Positions 1-15,383 of a stretch of 64,000 nt of DNA are shown piece after piece. The notes below the pieces were generated by a model, which did no database searches, had not been told where the DNA came from, and worked only from the letters and a program-made list of their open reading frames with translations. A program made the position numbers and the translations under genes. Numbering within the stretch: the first letter of the stretch is position 1; every line of letters starts with the position of its first letter. This DNA comes from the human T2T-CHM13v2.0 reference genome, Homo sapiens. The DNA is taken from assembly GCF_009914755.1 (NCBI RefSeq), contig NC_060931.1. One strand, written 5' to 3'.

Positions 1-399
1 CTAACTGATTATGCTCCTTCTCTGTGTTCTTACAAAGAAGAGACTTTTATAACTTACCACACTGTACCAACATGTATTTCTGTGTGGTCCCCACCTAGTC
101 CATAAGCTCCATAAGCATACCTAGGAGTAGGTATCTTGTCCTATTCATCATTATACCTAGAGCACTCAGCAAACTACATGACACACAAACTCACAGAAAT
201 AATGTTAGAGTGACACCTGCAATTCTAAACAGCACTTCAACTGTTGCTCATATTTAAAACAGGATGGGATAGAGACAAGTCTAAAGTAAATGAAATAATG
301 TTATAATGAGGATGAAAAGAAATACTACCTTTATTATATCTACTACAAATTGACAAACACTTCAGCCTGCAATGCTACCACAAAAAGGAAATGTATATC

Positions 400-830
400 A
401 CTTAAGATGTGTTCAACTACAATAATAGTACAGTAACAGTTGAAGCTCGAAACAGTAGCTTAAACAAGTAAGGGGTTTATTTTTCTCGTGTAATAAGAAA
501 TCTGGATGGGAAACTCAGGGCTGATATAACTATGCAAGTGTATCAACAAATAACTAGGCCCCCTCTTCTGTCTTCCCTTGTAGCCACCCCGAGCAGTTGA
601 CTTCTGTCTTCATGGTTCAAGGTAGCTACTGCACCTGCAGTTATTATGCCCATGTCCTCAGGGTGGAGGAAGGGGGAGGTCCAGAGATTCGTACTTCCAC
701 CCCTTCGGCTACAATTATATCATGCAAAGGAGGCTGGGAATCCCAGCTGCAAAGGAGGCTAGGAAATTGATTATTTTTGTTTTCTCACTTCTAGGGTAAA
801 GAAGAAGGAAGAAAGAATTTGGAATGGGTG
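400..830 (-). mobile_element. Old MaLR LTR relic (MLT1K/L-like)
   Basis: aacagtagcttaaacaag...gggtttatttttctc, catggttcaaggtagct and agctgcaaaggaggctaggaaa resemble MLT1 motifs. Highly diverged. Confidence 0.5.
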
Positions 831-3199
831 TTTACTGAGCAAATTTATTGTACCTGCCACAGAGAGCTGAGGTGACAGCACAAAATCAAGTACAAAACAA
901 AGTGGTTGATTTTAGATGCAAGTATTCCAATATTTCTTTCCAATCTCTCCTTAAACTAATTTGGGGTATGGGGGGGATTTACCCATCTGGTATCTTCATC
1001 CCCAAGAACAAAGTTTCTAGACCGTACGGAAGGAAACGAGAATCAACAAGAGTGGGCATCATTCCCAAGTTTCTCTGGGCTGGCCGTGGCCCAGGATTTT
1101 GAATGTGCGATACACTGCCATTTTCCATTTTCAGAAAGTCTCACTTTTAAAAGTGTATATTAAAATGCACATGCACAGATACACATTATTGCTCGATTTG
1201 AAAACTATCTGTTTTCAAGTTCTAAATTTGATCAAAAGAAAACATGCACATACACACACAGTATTCGTGCAATATTTTCTCAGATTCTGAATCTTGTTTT
1301 ATTATAACTAGTATGATCATACCCGTCGCATGTACAAAAAGAACAAATCAAAGAGGTCATAAGAAAAATGTAACTGGCTCTTGTCAGTTCTTTTATAGAA
1401 TGCTTCATATGGAGATTAGGGCATGACTATGTAACACATGAGGGCTGAAGTACAATTTAAATTCTGGTGGCCTGACACTATTTCCCGGAAAAGAACAAGA
1501 CGATTGCCTGTCCATTCAAGGATGGTGGCAACTCCACAGATCCTTAGCACCAAGAGAATGGTGGCAGAAACAAGTCTGGTCCTGTACCTTCAAGGTACAA
1601 TACCACACTGGCTGAAGGTGAGACTGTCCTGTGTCTAAACTGGTCTATAGTTACTGCTAACAACTGCAGGCCTCTTCTTCCTCCTACAACACAAGCAAAC
1701 ACAAGTGTCACTCTAGGTGGCAGCCAATTCCAACAAAGAGGTCCAGGGTGCCACAAACACCAATGTCAAATAACGGCAGTTCCCATTGTTGAGTAGCCAG
1801 ATTCAAAAGTCTTAATTATAGTTTTTGTTATAATCCTCACCCAGGAACTATGATACATAATCAGCTAGATGTAGGCAAGTATGTTTTCCCAAAGGTGAGA
1901 GTTAAGCACTTGGGGACCCAATTTAATGCTGCATTAATTGCTGCGCAGATACAATTCCAGGCACAGAAGCTCTGAAACAGTTATTTACTCAGTGGCATCA
2001 GGTGTTCAGAAGGAGTTCATGACTTGTCAACCATTCTGTCTTTTTACAGAATTACACAGAATCAAGAGATTGACTTTGTAATGAACTACATTTTCTACCA
2101 GAACTTTAAAAGCTATGGTTTTTTTTAATCAGTAATAGTCCAAATTTAGTTTATCTAGAAGTTTTAAAATTTCTTCTATCAGAAAACCTAATGACTGGTT
2201 TGAATTCTGCCTTTCTTGTGTGTATACTCTGAAGTCTGTTATAGGTGGGCAGAAAAGCAGAAGGAATTTGAAATTCTTGGTAAGAAAAGCAGCCCTCCAA
2301 TAGAGTAGCTGGCACCTTAAAGAATATTTTATTACTGAAACTTCTTAAACCTATGGCCTTGAGTCCACTTCACTGGACTCTCTCCTTTTATCCCCTACCC
2401 TCCGTCTTTACTCAATGCCCCCAGGAGAATGCTGTCCTCAGACAGAAAAATCAAAGCTAATTTAAATAGATTGCAAATTGCCAACATCGGTTCATATTCA
2501 CAGTATATCAGATCCAGTATTCTGTTTCTGAAAGGTACACTAAGGAATGGTTTGGGTTATTTAAACTGAGTCTCGCTTTTTAACATCTAAAATGAGGACT
2601 TTATCTTTCAGGATGACTGTATCAGTGGGACTATGTAAGTTCAGTACTTGGCATAGGGCCTGGTTTCTCCTTGTGGAAGGCAGTGGTTCTCCATCACAAC
2701 ACCATTCTTGCCAGCAACCCTTGGCTCCCTAGGTAATCCAAAGAGCCTGGATTTCCATTCATTTACCTATGCAACTCTGCATGAACCTGAAGAACAATCA
2801 TCAAGCGGATGGATTCAAACTGCATCTCCATGTATCTAACATTCAGCATTGCTATTTGTTTTATGTAAGCACTGAACTCAAAAACCTAGTTATTTATCCT
2901 AAGTATCCCTAAATTTCTGCTAATAATCATTTGTGTATATGGATGAGTGAATCATAATTTGTCTCAGCCCTATTTCTTTTTCAAATCCATATCACCAGTC
3001 ATCAATAATAAATAACCAAGTTAGCAGTTTCTAATGAATCAAAAATCCTATTACATTCCATAGTTAAGCCAAATTAAGATTCCTTATGGAAACAAGACTC
3101 TCACTGGTTTATCTTAAAATCTCTCCTTCCTCCTTAGATAACCCTAGTTTTAAGCTAGATATATGGTAAACAAAACTAGAATTCCAAGCTTGCTGCCAG

Positions 3200-3530
3200 T
3201 GAGGCTGAGCTGTAAGCAGAAGTGTTATATGGAACTTCCCAGTAGGCTGCTTAAAGGGAGTTGATCTAAGCTGACAGGGGATCTCTTCAGCCCTTTATCT
3301 CAGCCTGCAATGTTGATGTGATGGCCAGAGCTCCAGCAGCCATCTTGGGACATAAGCTGACCTTAAAGAGCAAAAGCCTGTGTTAGGGTGCTGCAATGGA
3401 ATAATAGGTGTCTGGGGCTCTGATGACACTGAAGCCACCATGCCAGCCTTTTGTTAAACAAGAAAAAAATCTACTTCTTATGTCAGCCATTCTATTTTTA
3501 TGATAGACAGGGTGAAAGTAATCAGGAATA
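3200..3530 (+). mobile_element. Old MaLR LTR relic (MLT1J/K-like)
   Basis: gatgtgatggccagagctccagcagccatcttggga is a typical MLT1 segment. Confidence 0.5.
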
Positions 3531-6500
3531 GACCTCTGTAAGCCCTAAGATGTTTGCTTTTTTGTACACCTCATGAATAACTTCAATAAAGTCAAATGCA
3601 ATGACACACTGGAAGCAACTTTCTCCTTTGCAGTAATGCTTCACTTCTACTTGTCAGGAATCTCCATTTCCTTCTGCCTCTCTCCTTTTCCAACAAAGAA
3701 CAGGAAGAATTAAAAAATGTCAAAGCCATGTTGAACTCTAGCATCAAATCTTACCATCTCTGAGAAGTCACATTTCATGAAAACCCCATTATCTCCTGGG
3801 TGCCTTGGCAAAATTAATAAACTGCTTTTATAATTACCCTTTCGTTCCATCTTTACTCTTTCTTATATAAAGAAACAGAGCTATTTAGAGCTGCTTCTGG
3901 CATTTCTAGTTTTATTCCAGGAGCTTTAGAAACTTCATTAATTAGAGTCTCAGGTTTTTTTTTTGTTTTTTTTTTTCTTGATTTGGTTTTCTAATTAGAA
4001 TAGGAATCCTAGATTCATTGACAGCCCTGCCACTATACAAGGAAAACCTTAGTTACATTACCTCATGCCTCAGTTTCTTCATCTGGGGAATTAAAATAAA
4101 CAACTGCACCAAAAACTCATTTGGCATTCTAAGTTTCCTTTTATTTGTTCACTTTTTTACTTCTATTAATACTAAAGGTCTGTGCCAGACACTGGGCCAA
4201 GAACTTGGAATATGATGCTGAGCAAACAGATGAATGGCCCTGCTTTTATGAAACTTAACGTTATCATGAAGGAGACGGACATAAATTTAAAAATCACATA
4301 AATACATAGTTAGTAAAGAATTACAGTGCCACTGGATCACTATGTGGAAATTTTTTATTTCTAGGAAGTGGTTTTTGTAATGAGTCTCTAAAGACCTATA
4401 TTTCTCTGAAGTATCTACCTTCATATTCAGTTCTTAAGTTAGTTGTGATCTTATTTCCTTTAAATTTCTCTAGCTATTTGTGTCAGACAATTCAAGCTTC
4501 ATTTCTCTACTTGTAAAAGTTTATTCTGACCCCTTTAGGAATAAGAGGAACCTACCAGTTTTGATATGGAAAGAGGTCTAAGAAGAAAACAGAAAGGTAC
4601 AAAACACTTTGAATATTTTATAAAATGATAAGCAAAAATACATGCACCCACATACCCAGAAATGTTCTGCAAGGAGCAGTTGTTACAGATGTGAGAAGAT
4701 ACTTTTCTTTCTTTTATAGCCTTCTATAACAATTTAAGGTTTTAGCCTGGGCATGTATAATTTTTATTAGAAAAATATGCCTTCATTTCCAGTAGGTATT
4801 AAGTAAATTCTCATCATGCATGAAAGTTATCTAAATATTACTGGGAAAGTGACTCTAATCCTTTCTCTATTTTCCATGCTTAGATTGGGACTTCTCATTT
4901 ATCGCAAATATAAGGTATTAATTTTTCTATTATTCTTTTTAATAATAATGCCAATAAAAGGTCTCAAATCCTTCTATTATTGTAGCTCTTCTCCCTGTGA
5001 TAAAGCAGTATCAGTCATCCACACTCACCTTTTGGACTTCTATATTACACACCTGAGACCTTTCTGCTTTTGACATGGTTGTATGTCTCATTGTTTATTC
5101 TACAAGGGTGAGACAAAGCAATTTCACAGTTATCAGAAGGGTTATCACAAGAATTTACTGTGATGTCTTGCAAGACCTCTAGAGTAACTGTTAAATTATT
5201 TCATGGAACCAGCACAGGAACCTCCCATTCTCTCAAGGGCTGTGTGATGTGACACAGTCACTCTCCAGGTCATAAGTTTTCCTTGGGAAGTGCTCAATGA
5301 GGTGATGCCACGTGCACATTTAATAGCACATCCACTGGATGGCTTTATACAGAACGTGTCACATTCGTATTGCCAACACATCTCAGGCTTGCACTCCATT
5401 TTACCCCTGGTCTCATATCATCTCCTATGACTAGGAACTCTATAAAACTAACAAACTCTCTTGTGCTTGCTCAGCTACAGGAGGAGCACGTGCACACAGA
5501 GTCCTCTTGAAAACTGTGGGCCAAGACGAAAGCCATAAATGATCAGCCTTACCGTAGATGAAGCAGACAAACATTAGCTCCTTTAACAGCAACACTCTTT
5601 AGCCCTGCATTCATTCATAATTTTATATTAATAATCTGAAGGATTTATAACAGATGCTGATTTGGATGATATTGGCTTACCATTCCACCTTCTTCTCCAG
5701 CCCTCAGAGAAGCCAACCTAAAATTCATTCATTCAAGAAGCACTACTGCTGAAGAGCTAATATGGGCCAGGCCAGGGGTAAGTCCTAGGAATGGAAGGCT
5801 GAAGATCCCTTGAAAGGCTATTGGACAGAGAGCTCCAAACAGCTAACCAATTACAGTACACAGAGATAACCAGGTTCAGTTTGGCTGTCTTTCTTGTCTT
5901 CAAGAGCTCCATATTACAGTGTCAATGCCATGGGAGGGAGGTATTTTTGTCATCCAACCTAGTGTTTCTCAAATTTGTAAGGTCCATCCTATTGACCGAA
6001 AATATGATTATAGTAATCATAGAAATAACCACAGGACAGAGAAAACAAATTTTAAAGATTCTCATAAAGAATCAGAAGACCTTGAATTATTATTTCTTTG
6101 GAATCCAGGTTGACAGAAAAACTGAGTGAATCCAGTTATTACCCTTCAGCTAATTATCAATTAACTACAGAGACTCATAACCAACAGGTGGGAACAAGAA
6201 TGCTTTCCAGAACAAAAGTTAAGTGTACAGACTACAGAAGGAGTCCTGTGAGGAAGGAGAAGTGTTGGTGGAGAAAGGAATCCTGAGGAGAGTAGCTGGA
6301 GAGGCCAAGACAAAGTTTGCCTTCCTCCCACTTTTGCCTAGAACCTGACTTTTTAAAATAAGATTGCATCAAATCTCTAGCAAGAAAAGATAGACACATT
6401 CTAATAGAGGCCAACATAAATAATTCATTCTGATTCAGAAAATCTACCTAAGAAAAACTTTCCTGAAGATTGAGCAAACCTCTGAACTCTTTCACAGGCA

Positions 6501-6870
6501 TGATACTTGCTGTGCTCCTCAGCACCAGCTGAGCTGTAATTCCAGCAGAATCAAATCTATTTGCTCAAAAGTAATACCTTTCCAGCACCACAGAAAATAC
6601 GCACCTCTCATAAAGGATGAGTGCCACAAACAAGCTCAGTATCCCAGACTGTGCACATCTCTCTAAGTGAATAAGAAGATGAAACAACTCCGACTGACCG
6701 CTGCAGAGTGACAAGCAAAAGCCTTAATGAGGAGGTGCTCTGATGGTGTACGCAAGGCAAAGCATCCTTAAGCTCAAAGAATCACTATGCTCAGGAAGTT
6801 ATCTGTGTCACCTTTTGACATATAAAAGGTGACACAAATGAGTAAGACAGATTTACTCATTAAGAACTAC

Positions 6871-7192
<322 letters not shown>

Positions 7193-10100
7193 CTATATTC
7201 AATGAAGACAGTCTTGGGATTGGTGCAGGCAAGGGGTATAGAATTACTATCCAAGACAGTGTCTCATTGTAAATCTACTTTTATCACTGGCATCATGCAC
7301 TCTCAGAAGTCTAGGATGAATTGTATTATATTCTAAGCTGAGATTTCACCTAACAGAAAATACCATTCTTTCAAGTCTCCTGACTGGGGAGTAGGACAGG
7401 GAAGGGCTAGACTGCAGGTGTCTAGCACATACATTTCCTTGATAGTAGCATTTGAAAAACTTGAAAGACAAAGATTGGTAAAATCATTTGATTTTACCCT
7501 ATCAAACTGGCTGTCTTACTTGCTTTCTTTCATTTCACAGATGCATTAAGTGTCAATGAGTAAATGAGGAAATGGGTTCCCTCATCATTTGCTAGTAAGA
7601 GTATAAATTGGTACAATTTACGGCAACATGTTTCAAATGCCTTTCGAATGTACTCTGACTCAAAGGCTTCATGTCTGGAAATATGTGAAATAATCATGAA
7701 TGTATACAAAAATTTAGCTAAAAATTTGTTCATTGTGGAGTTCATCATACTGAAAAATGAAAAACAAGTATTTAGCCACAGAAAATAGCTAAAGTAACTA
7801 ATAGATTATTCATATAATGGAATGATAGGGCTGCTTAGACTTTGGTTTGTTTTTTCCCCCTTTCCCCAAGAGAAAAAAGGAGAGAAGAAATGTTTAAATT
7901 CCTTTAAGTTTTAGCCCTTGGTGAACAGATATAAGAATAAGGACAGTTACGCAACAGTTTCTTATGATTTTCCAAACTGTACCAACTCTCCTCTAGAACA
8001 AAAAAGTAAAAACAAAAATCTACCCTTTTGGCACAGTACAAACCTATGCAACCACAAGGTCAATACAGATGAGAGAGTGGGGATTAATTTTCAAAAGGGG
8101 GTTGGGGGACAAACCAATTTTAAATTATGAAGGTTAAAGCCCTATTTATTATTGGTATCTCTGAAATTCTTCTGCCATTTGTTAAGTGGGTCAATGTCCA
8201 TTTTTTATTCACTCAAGTATTTACTGAATGCAACTTCTACAGAGTAAGGTCCTAGGACCTGAATTAGATTTTTTTTTTTAAATTTAGTTATGTGATTCCA
8301 CTGCTTATGATCTACTGAGATGTACTCTAACATTCATATTCAAAAGTCTCTGGAAAGAAGGGAGGCTCTGGAGATTCTTCCTATACAAGGGAACACAATT
8401 CTAACAGGGCAAGAGTTGAAAGCATAGGAGAGCTGGTTGAGTCTTGGACTGTCCAAAAGCAAATATTGTTAGGAATCAAGTATTTCCTATGTTCATATCG
8501 TTTGATTTTATGATAAAAACCAGCCAAGAAGGAAGTAAAGTTAGGGGCCACTATCTTTATTTTACCTACCAGGAATGGTGTGTTTAAACAAGGTCACACA
8601 TTTGCTGGTGTTCCATAAGATATTAAGTGCCAGAAATAAATCAGTCCCTAAGTCCAGAGCTAGAAGGCCTTAGGTCTTGAGGTTTAAAATATTATAGTTC
8701 TTTCAGTACAAAGCAGTAGATGGTACCCTACAGAGTACTTCACTAAGTCATGCCTTTTGTTGACCATGGAGGGTTTATATTTATTTCTTAACCAAACCAC
8801 AATACCCAAGAAAAAGAAGATCCAATGCAGATGATACACATATCTGAAGTTTAATTTCTTTTCATCAATTTTAGCACAAACTGAGATGTTAATGATAACT
8901 GTGACATGGTTTTCTCTAGTGCTAGCAACACACGTAAAGTTACACAGGTGAACAGAAAAGTCAGTCTTAAGGGTTAATAATCTCAGATATGAATTGGAGA
9001 AAGCTCAAAAGTGGCAAAGGACCATCAATCTATTTCAAAGATGTGTTTATCTTTTTGTATTTCAAAGGAAAGGCCTTTTTGAAAGACTTGGCAGAGAAAT
9101 ATGCATGTGAATAGAGGCACATTGAAAAGTCTTAGCTTGCAGGTATAATGGCTCTCCCTCAGAAGGCAGTGTGCAGGATTCCGGAGTCTCTAAGGTGTAT
9201 TTTATATGCTACCAAGTACACTAAGAGCCCTGCAGTATTGCCTGTGTCCAGCTTCTATTTGGTGGCTCCTTAGCATTTTCCTGCATTAAACTCTACCTAA
9301 AAGTTTTACCCCTCAACTGCAGCAAAGCAGTTCATTCATGTGGTACTGAAATACACCAGAATGTGTCATATTTGTTTAAAAAAAAAAAAGAAAGAAAAAA
9401 AAGAAGAGGGTGGGTGGGATGGGGAGAAAAAGATAGCTATAGAGGACCAGTAAACAAGTCTGATAGTCTTCTAGAAATATTCATGAAAATCTGTCCCTGA
9501 AAACTGCTGGTATTTAGTAGCCAATCTTTGCCACGTGGCTTTTCTGAGAATTGTTCTTAGAAAGATCCCACCAAGGGGTGATAATAAAATGCATTTCATC
9601 AAATGATCTTTCAGTCTGGCATGATGTCACTTTCTCACATCTTCCATGTGGGCTGCAAGTCTCCTTCCAAGGCCCATCTCATTTACTGTGTATTCTGCCT
9701 AGTGTAGGTCCAAGTCCTTCCAAACAAGACCTATAAGCAAGAATGCACCCATCCATGAGAGACAAAGCATATGCGTTCTGTTAGTTCCCACAAAGGCAGA
9801 CACTGGGGATTTAGGGAGCTGAGGTCTACAAAAGTCTTTAAAGAACAGCATATTCACTCTACACAAAAGAGGTTCTTGTGTGACCCTTGTGATCTGAACA
9901 CATTTCAAGAGAAAGAGACTAGATCTTTACTTTGAAAAAGATTTTTATTATAAAGACAAATGTGAAACATAAATGGAATCGGGGTGAATAATGTGAATTA
10001 GGCTCTGAAATGATTCCTTTTCCTAGTACACACTCATAGACATTACAGGGCAAAGAAAAGTCTGCAATAACCACGCTGTGTCTGAACGTCGCCTTATTGC

Positions 10101-10883
10101 TCAGTGTGACCCAAATGTAACCAGACCAAATCCATCAGCAGCTGAATGTAAATGGCCTTGTGCTAGGCTTAGTTTCAACAGGCATTCTCTTTGCCTGGTG
10201 AAGCCCTCTCTCCAACTAGAGGCCAAGTTATTAGGAAATTGTTTGTCATCTTAGACTGAATTGATCATTTGTTTCCCTGAATTCTTTCTCTCATCATTTA
10301 CTCATTACACGCCTCCTCCTGATAGAAGTAGACATTTATTAGCTTCTGCATTCATTGCATTGGCAAACAGAAACATTCTGCTGCATTTCCTGGGGGTTCA
10401 CTCATTTATCTATTGGATAAGAGACTGAAGTTTTCTACAGGGCAAAAAAATTAAAATATCAGTCAGGTTGACAGCTGGGAAAATGAGGGTCTCTCTGCGA
10501 CAAGCTTGCTGCAGTTTTTGGTTTAGTGAGGAGCTGCAATGTTATTTCACCACACCACCACTTCATATGTAACTAGAATTGTGGGCTATCATCTGGTGAA
10601 CTAATATTCCACAAGAATAATACACATGGTGCACTGTAAAGTACCTGCGATGCAAAGCTAATTGCTATTTTAAATAGAACATAAAACAAAAGGCTTTCAA
10701 AGATCCATTTCTAAAAGGAGCTAGGAAGAGAGGCTGTCTTATTAAATCCATGAAACTGGAGCTAGAATCATTGAACTTTAACGTGTAAAGACCTTCCAGG
10801 TCATCAAATCCTTTCCCAAGAATCTTCTTTACAGTATCCCCGACAAGTGATTGTTCTCATTGTGCCTGAAACACTACTGGTGA

Positions 10884-11219
<336 letters not shown>

Positions 11220-11545
11220 TAGGCAGCCTATTTTAGAGCTGAACATCTCTGGATGGGAGGGGGCACTTCCTAACAGGGGCCTGACTGCTTGTGACCTTGG
11301 GCAAGCCACTCAATCCCACTGGGTCTGGTTTTAGAAATTAGATACCCCTGTGTTGAAAGAATCGGAGCTGAAGGAGAGTAAAGTCATTTAGAGGCTCAAC
11401 TACTTTAGTCCAGCCAAAAGCCTATTTGGCCTAGCAGGTCACAGGATAACTCCCGTCTTCTGGGACAGTGCTTCTCCACAAGAAGAACTGGCACACTTGT
11501 CTGTATTCCTCTATGCTGAGACGCATTTGAGCTCATTCAGAGTAG

Positions 11546-11941
<396 letters not shown>

Positions 11942-12339
11942 TGACAAAAAACAAAAGTAATGATGCAATGGAAAGTTCTGCACAGCCACTAACACAACCC
12001 CTCAAGCAGATGGCGTGTGCCAGCCCTTGCCCCAATCATCCTAATTCTCTGATATCAACTTTCTGAGTTTTAGCCCTCAGTTCAACAAAGCATGAATAGC
12101 CTAGTATTGTGCCAGGTACTGGTTATACAAAGAAAAATAAATTTTTAGTCTTTAGCTCTCTGAGAGTTTGTATGTTAGAAAACTAAAGCCTTCCTGATTT
12201 AATATTGTTTAGAATATTGCCCATATCCCATCAAATCACTCTGAGGACAAGAAAGGTATAAATGCTAATAATAATATCTTTACAAATCAGTGGCGTATTT
12301 TAGCTAAGTGTTAATACAGACATTTTTTCTAAATAGTTC

Positions 12340-12557
12340 TTAAATCTGATCCCAGGACATGCGCTTTACATAGATTGTCTCATGCAAACCTGACAATAAC
12401 TCCATCAGGTTGGTACAATTATCCCCATTTTCCAGATGAGAAAACTAAGGCCCTCCAAAATGAAATAATTTACCAGGTCATTTGAGCTTGTCTGTGGCAC
12501 TGCCAGGGTCAAATCCAAGCAGCCGAGCTCCAGAGGTAATATGCTTAACAGCTACAG
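12340..12557 (-). mobile_element. MIR fragment
   Basis: attatccccattttccagatgagaaaactaaggc is the MIR core. Confidence 0.65.
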
Positions 12558-13500
12558 TACAGTGATTTGCAAATCACTGTATTAACGTACTGATTTCCAG
12601 ATCACTGTATTGAATGCCTTATGAAAAGAGATCACCATCTATACAAAACAATTAGAAGGCTTTGTGTAGGAGGTGGCATTTAGCCTCTAATTGAATACTA
12701 TTACCTTCCCTGAACCTACAATGAGATATTTAAAAGTTATTATATATTAAAAATTCTAATTATATATTTTACTTAGTGTAAGGGGGATGAGATTTAAGCC
12801 CATTTTAATTACAAACAAAAGCAGATCCACATGTCAGCTGTCTGTGATGCCTTTGTGGATATCCAGACACTTGTTCTTAAATCTGTATATTACAAACTGA
12901 AACAACAACAACAAAACCAGAAGAAAAGTAACACAGGAAAAATTGGCTAACAAGTCAATGAACCTGTGACTTTACTGATACAGCAATTATAAAGGTCAAA
13001 GCTTATTTTCACCCTATGTAAATTAAATTTAAATGAACTCCTAAACTATATATTACAAGATCCAGAATTAAATTTAGATTAGCCAGAGACTTTGTTTGTA
13101 GAAGACGCTCTTAATAATCTTTGGCTTTTGTCCAGCCCAGATTCCCACTTCCTCTAAAGATGATGGAGAACTGCTTCCCTGGATAAATTAGCACAACTCC
13201 TGCCTCCTTCCCCTTCAGTCCCTGTGGAGGAATTCCACTGGACTCTTGTCTTCCCTTAAGAAGTAACCCCCAGTTCAGACCTCAGGGCTGTTCAAGGTCC
13301 ACTTTTCTCCTTGACCTACACTTGGTCTCTTAGCGAAGCTCTTCCAGTCTCATGGCTTTAAACTCCCCTCATGGGCTGACAACTCCCAGATCTATATACC
13401 CAGCCCAGACCTTGCCTCTGATTCCATACTCAATGGTCCAAATGTTTTATTGAAATCAATTGTATCAGAAACACCTAAAATTTAAATTGATTAAAACACA

Positions 13501-13787
13501 GGGCTCGGCTCGGTGGCTTACGCCTGTAATCCCAGCATTTTGGGAAGTCAGTGAGGCAGATTGCTTGGGCCCGGGAGTTCAAGACCAGCCTAGGTAACAT
13601 GGCAAAACCATGTCTACACAAAAAAATACAAAAAATTAGCCAGGGGTGATGGCGCGCATCTGTAGTCCCAGCTACTCTGGAGGCTGAGGCAAGAAGATCA
13701 ATTGAGCCCAGGAGGTTGTGGCGAGCCAAAATTGTGCCACTGCACTCCAGTCTGGGTGATGGAGTGAGACTCGATCTCAAAAATAAA
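13501..13787 (+). mobile_element. AluJ
   Basis: Alu dimer with J-type diagnostics (gcccgggagttcaagaccagcctaggtaac, ttgagcccaggagg). Confidence 0.92.
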
Positions 13788-13800
13788 CAGATTTTTTTTT

Positions 13801-13810
13801 ATAGATAGAT

Positions 13811-13850
<40 letters not shown>
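13801..13850 (+). repeat. (ATAG)n/(AG)n microsatellite
   Basis: Direct reading. Confidence 0.95.
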
Positions 13851-13852
<2 letters not shown>

Positions 13853-14149
13853 CACAATCCCACATTGTTTTTTGTTTGTTTCAATGAACAAACTTATTCC
13901 TCTTGGTCTTCCTAGACTCAGTAACTGGTTCTATCTTTCACACATTTGCTGAAGCCAGAGATACAGGAATCATCTTTCTTTCTTACACCATCTTATATCC
14001 AGTCCAGCACATCAGACAATCCCCATGTTCAGGCCTTATTGGCTTCCTTTCTTCTTTAACAGGCATGTAATGGGTTTGGATTTTATTCTAACGGCTATGG
14101 AAAAGCATGGACGGTTTTCAGCAAAGAAACGATATAATCTGACTCAAGC

Positions 14150-14439
14150 TTTTTTTTTTTGAGACAGAGTCTCACTCTGTTGCCCAGGCTGGTGGGCAGT
14201 GACGCAATCTCAGCTCATTGCAACCTCCACCTCCTGGGTTCAAGAGATTCTCCTGCCTCGGCCTCCCAAATAGATGCGATTACAGGTGCATGCCACACCT
14301 GGCTAATTTTTGTATTTTTAGTAGAGACAAGGTTTCACCATGTTGCCTGGGCTGGTCTCAAACTCCTGACCTCAAGTGATCCACCCGCCTCAGCCTCCCA
14401 AAGTGCTGGGAATACAGGCGTGAGCCACCACTCCCGGCC
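14150..14439 (-). mobile_element. AluS
   Basis: Reverse-complement Alu. TSD gactcaag at 14141-14148 and 14442-14449. Confidence 0.94.
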
Positions 14440-15107
14440 CAGACTCAAGTTCTTAAAAAACCATAGCTCTTGGCTGGAAAATAGACAGTGGTGGAGGGAA
14501 CAGAAGATGGACTAGACAGACAAGGGAGTGATTACAAGAGTTCAGCTAAGAGAGATGGAGGCTTGGTTTATGGTGGTAATAGACTTAAAAAACAGACAAA
14601 ATTGAACTATGTTTTGGAAGTAGAATCAACAGAACTTCCTGATGAATTGGAGAGGAAGGAGGGAATGTGAGGAAAAGTGAGAACCAAAAATGTGTCGTAG
14701 ATTGTGAGCTTCAGCCACTGAGTAGGTAATGGTGCCATTTCCCGAGGAAAACTGGAGGAAGACTGGTGGCTGGAGCACTCAGGACCGCTACCTCTGCTAT
14801 TCTTTGGAGTGTGAGTGTGTGCTTCCTAAGTGTTTCGTCGTTAGATCACCTCATCTGAAAACCCCTCTCCTATTTTCTCTCACTGTATTCATGTTTCTTT
14901 CATCACACTTTTCATGATCTATTTTGGCTCATTTTGTTCTCTGTATTGTATTCCACTCGCTAGACTCTGAGCTCTGTGATGGTGGGAAACAGGTTCTCCT
15001 TGTTTGTTGCTTTTTCCTGTGTCCCCAGCCCATGTCTTGGAACATAGTTGGATATGTCCACAATCAATTATCCTCAGGAACTTCTAGGGGAAAAAAGATG
15101 TCTAAAG

Positions 15108-15383
15108 CAGGAGGTGACAAACTTTTGCCATAAAAGGCCAGAGAGTAAATATTTGAAGCTTTATGGGTCACATGGTCTCTGTCAAAGCTACTCAACTCTG
15201 TTGTAGTACGAAAGTAGCCACGGACAATACACACATAAATGAGCATGGCTGTCTTCCAATAAAACTATTTATGGACACTAAAATTTGAATTTCATAGAAT
15301 TGTTGTGTCATAAAATTATTCTTTTGAATTTTTTCCCCAACCATTTAAAAATGTATAAATTATTATCAGTTTGCTGATGCCTG
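15108..15383 (+). mobile_element. MER58B-like hAT-Charlie MITE
   Basis: cagg…caaacttt…taaaaggccagagagtaaatattt…ctactcaactctg…agtttgctgatgcctg. Confidence 0.8.

Larger units (their letters stand above)
13300..14730. mobile_element. L2 relics interrupted by two Alus
   Basis: ctcatggctttaaa…cccagatctatatacccagcccagacc and tttggattttattcta…gatataatctgact…ttttggaagtagaatcaacaga are L2-like. The pieces lie in opposite orientations. Confidence 0.55.
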
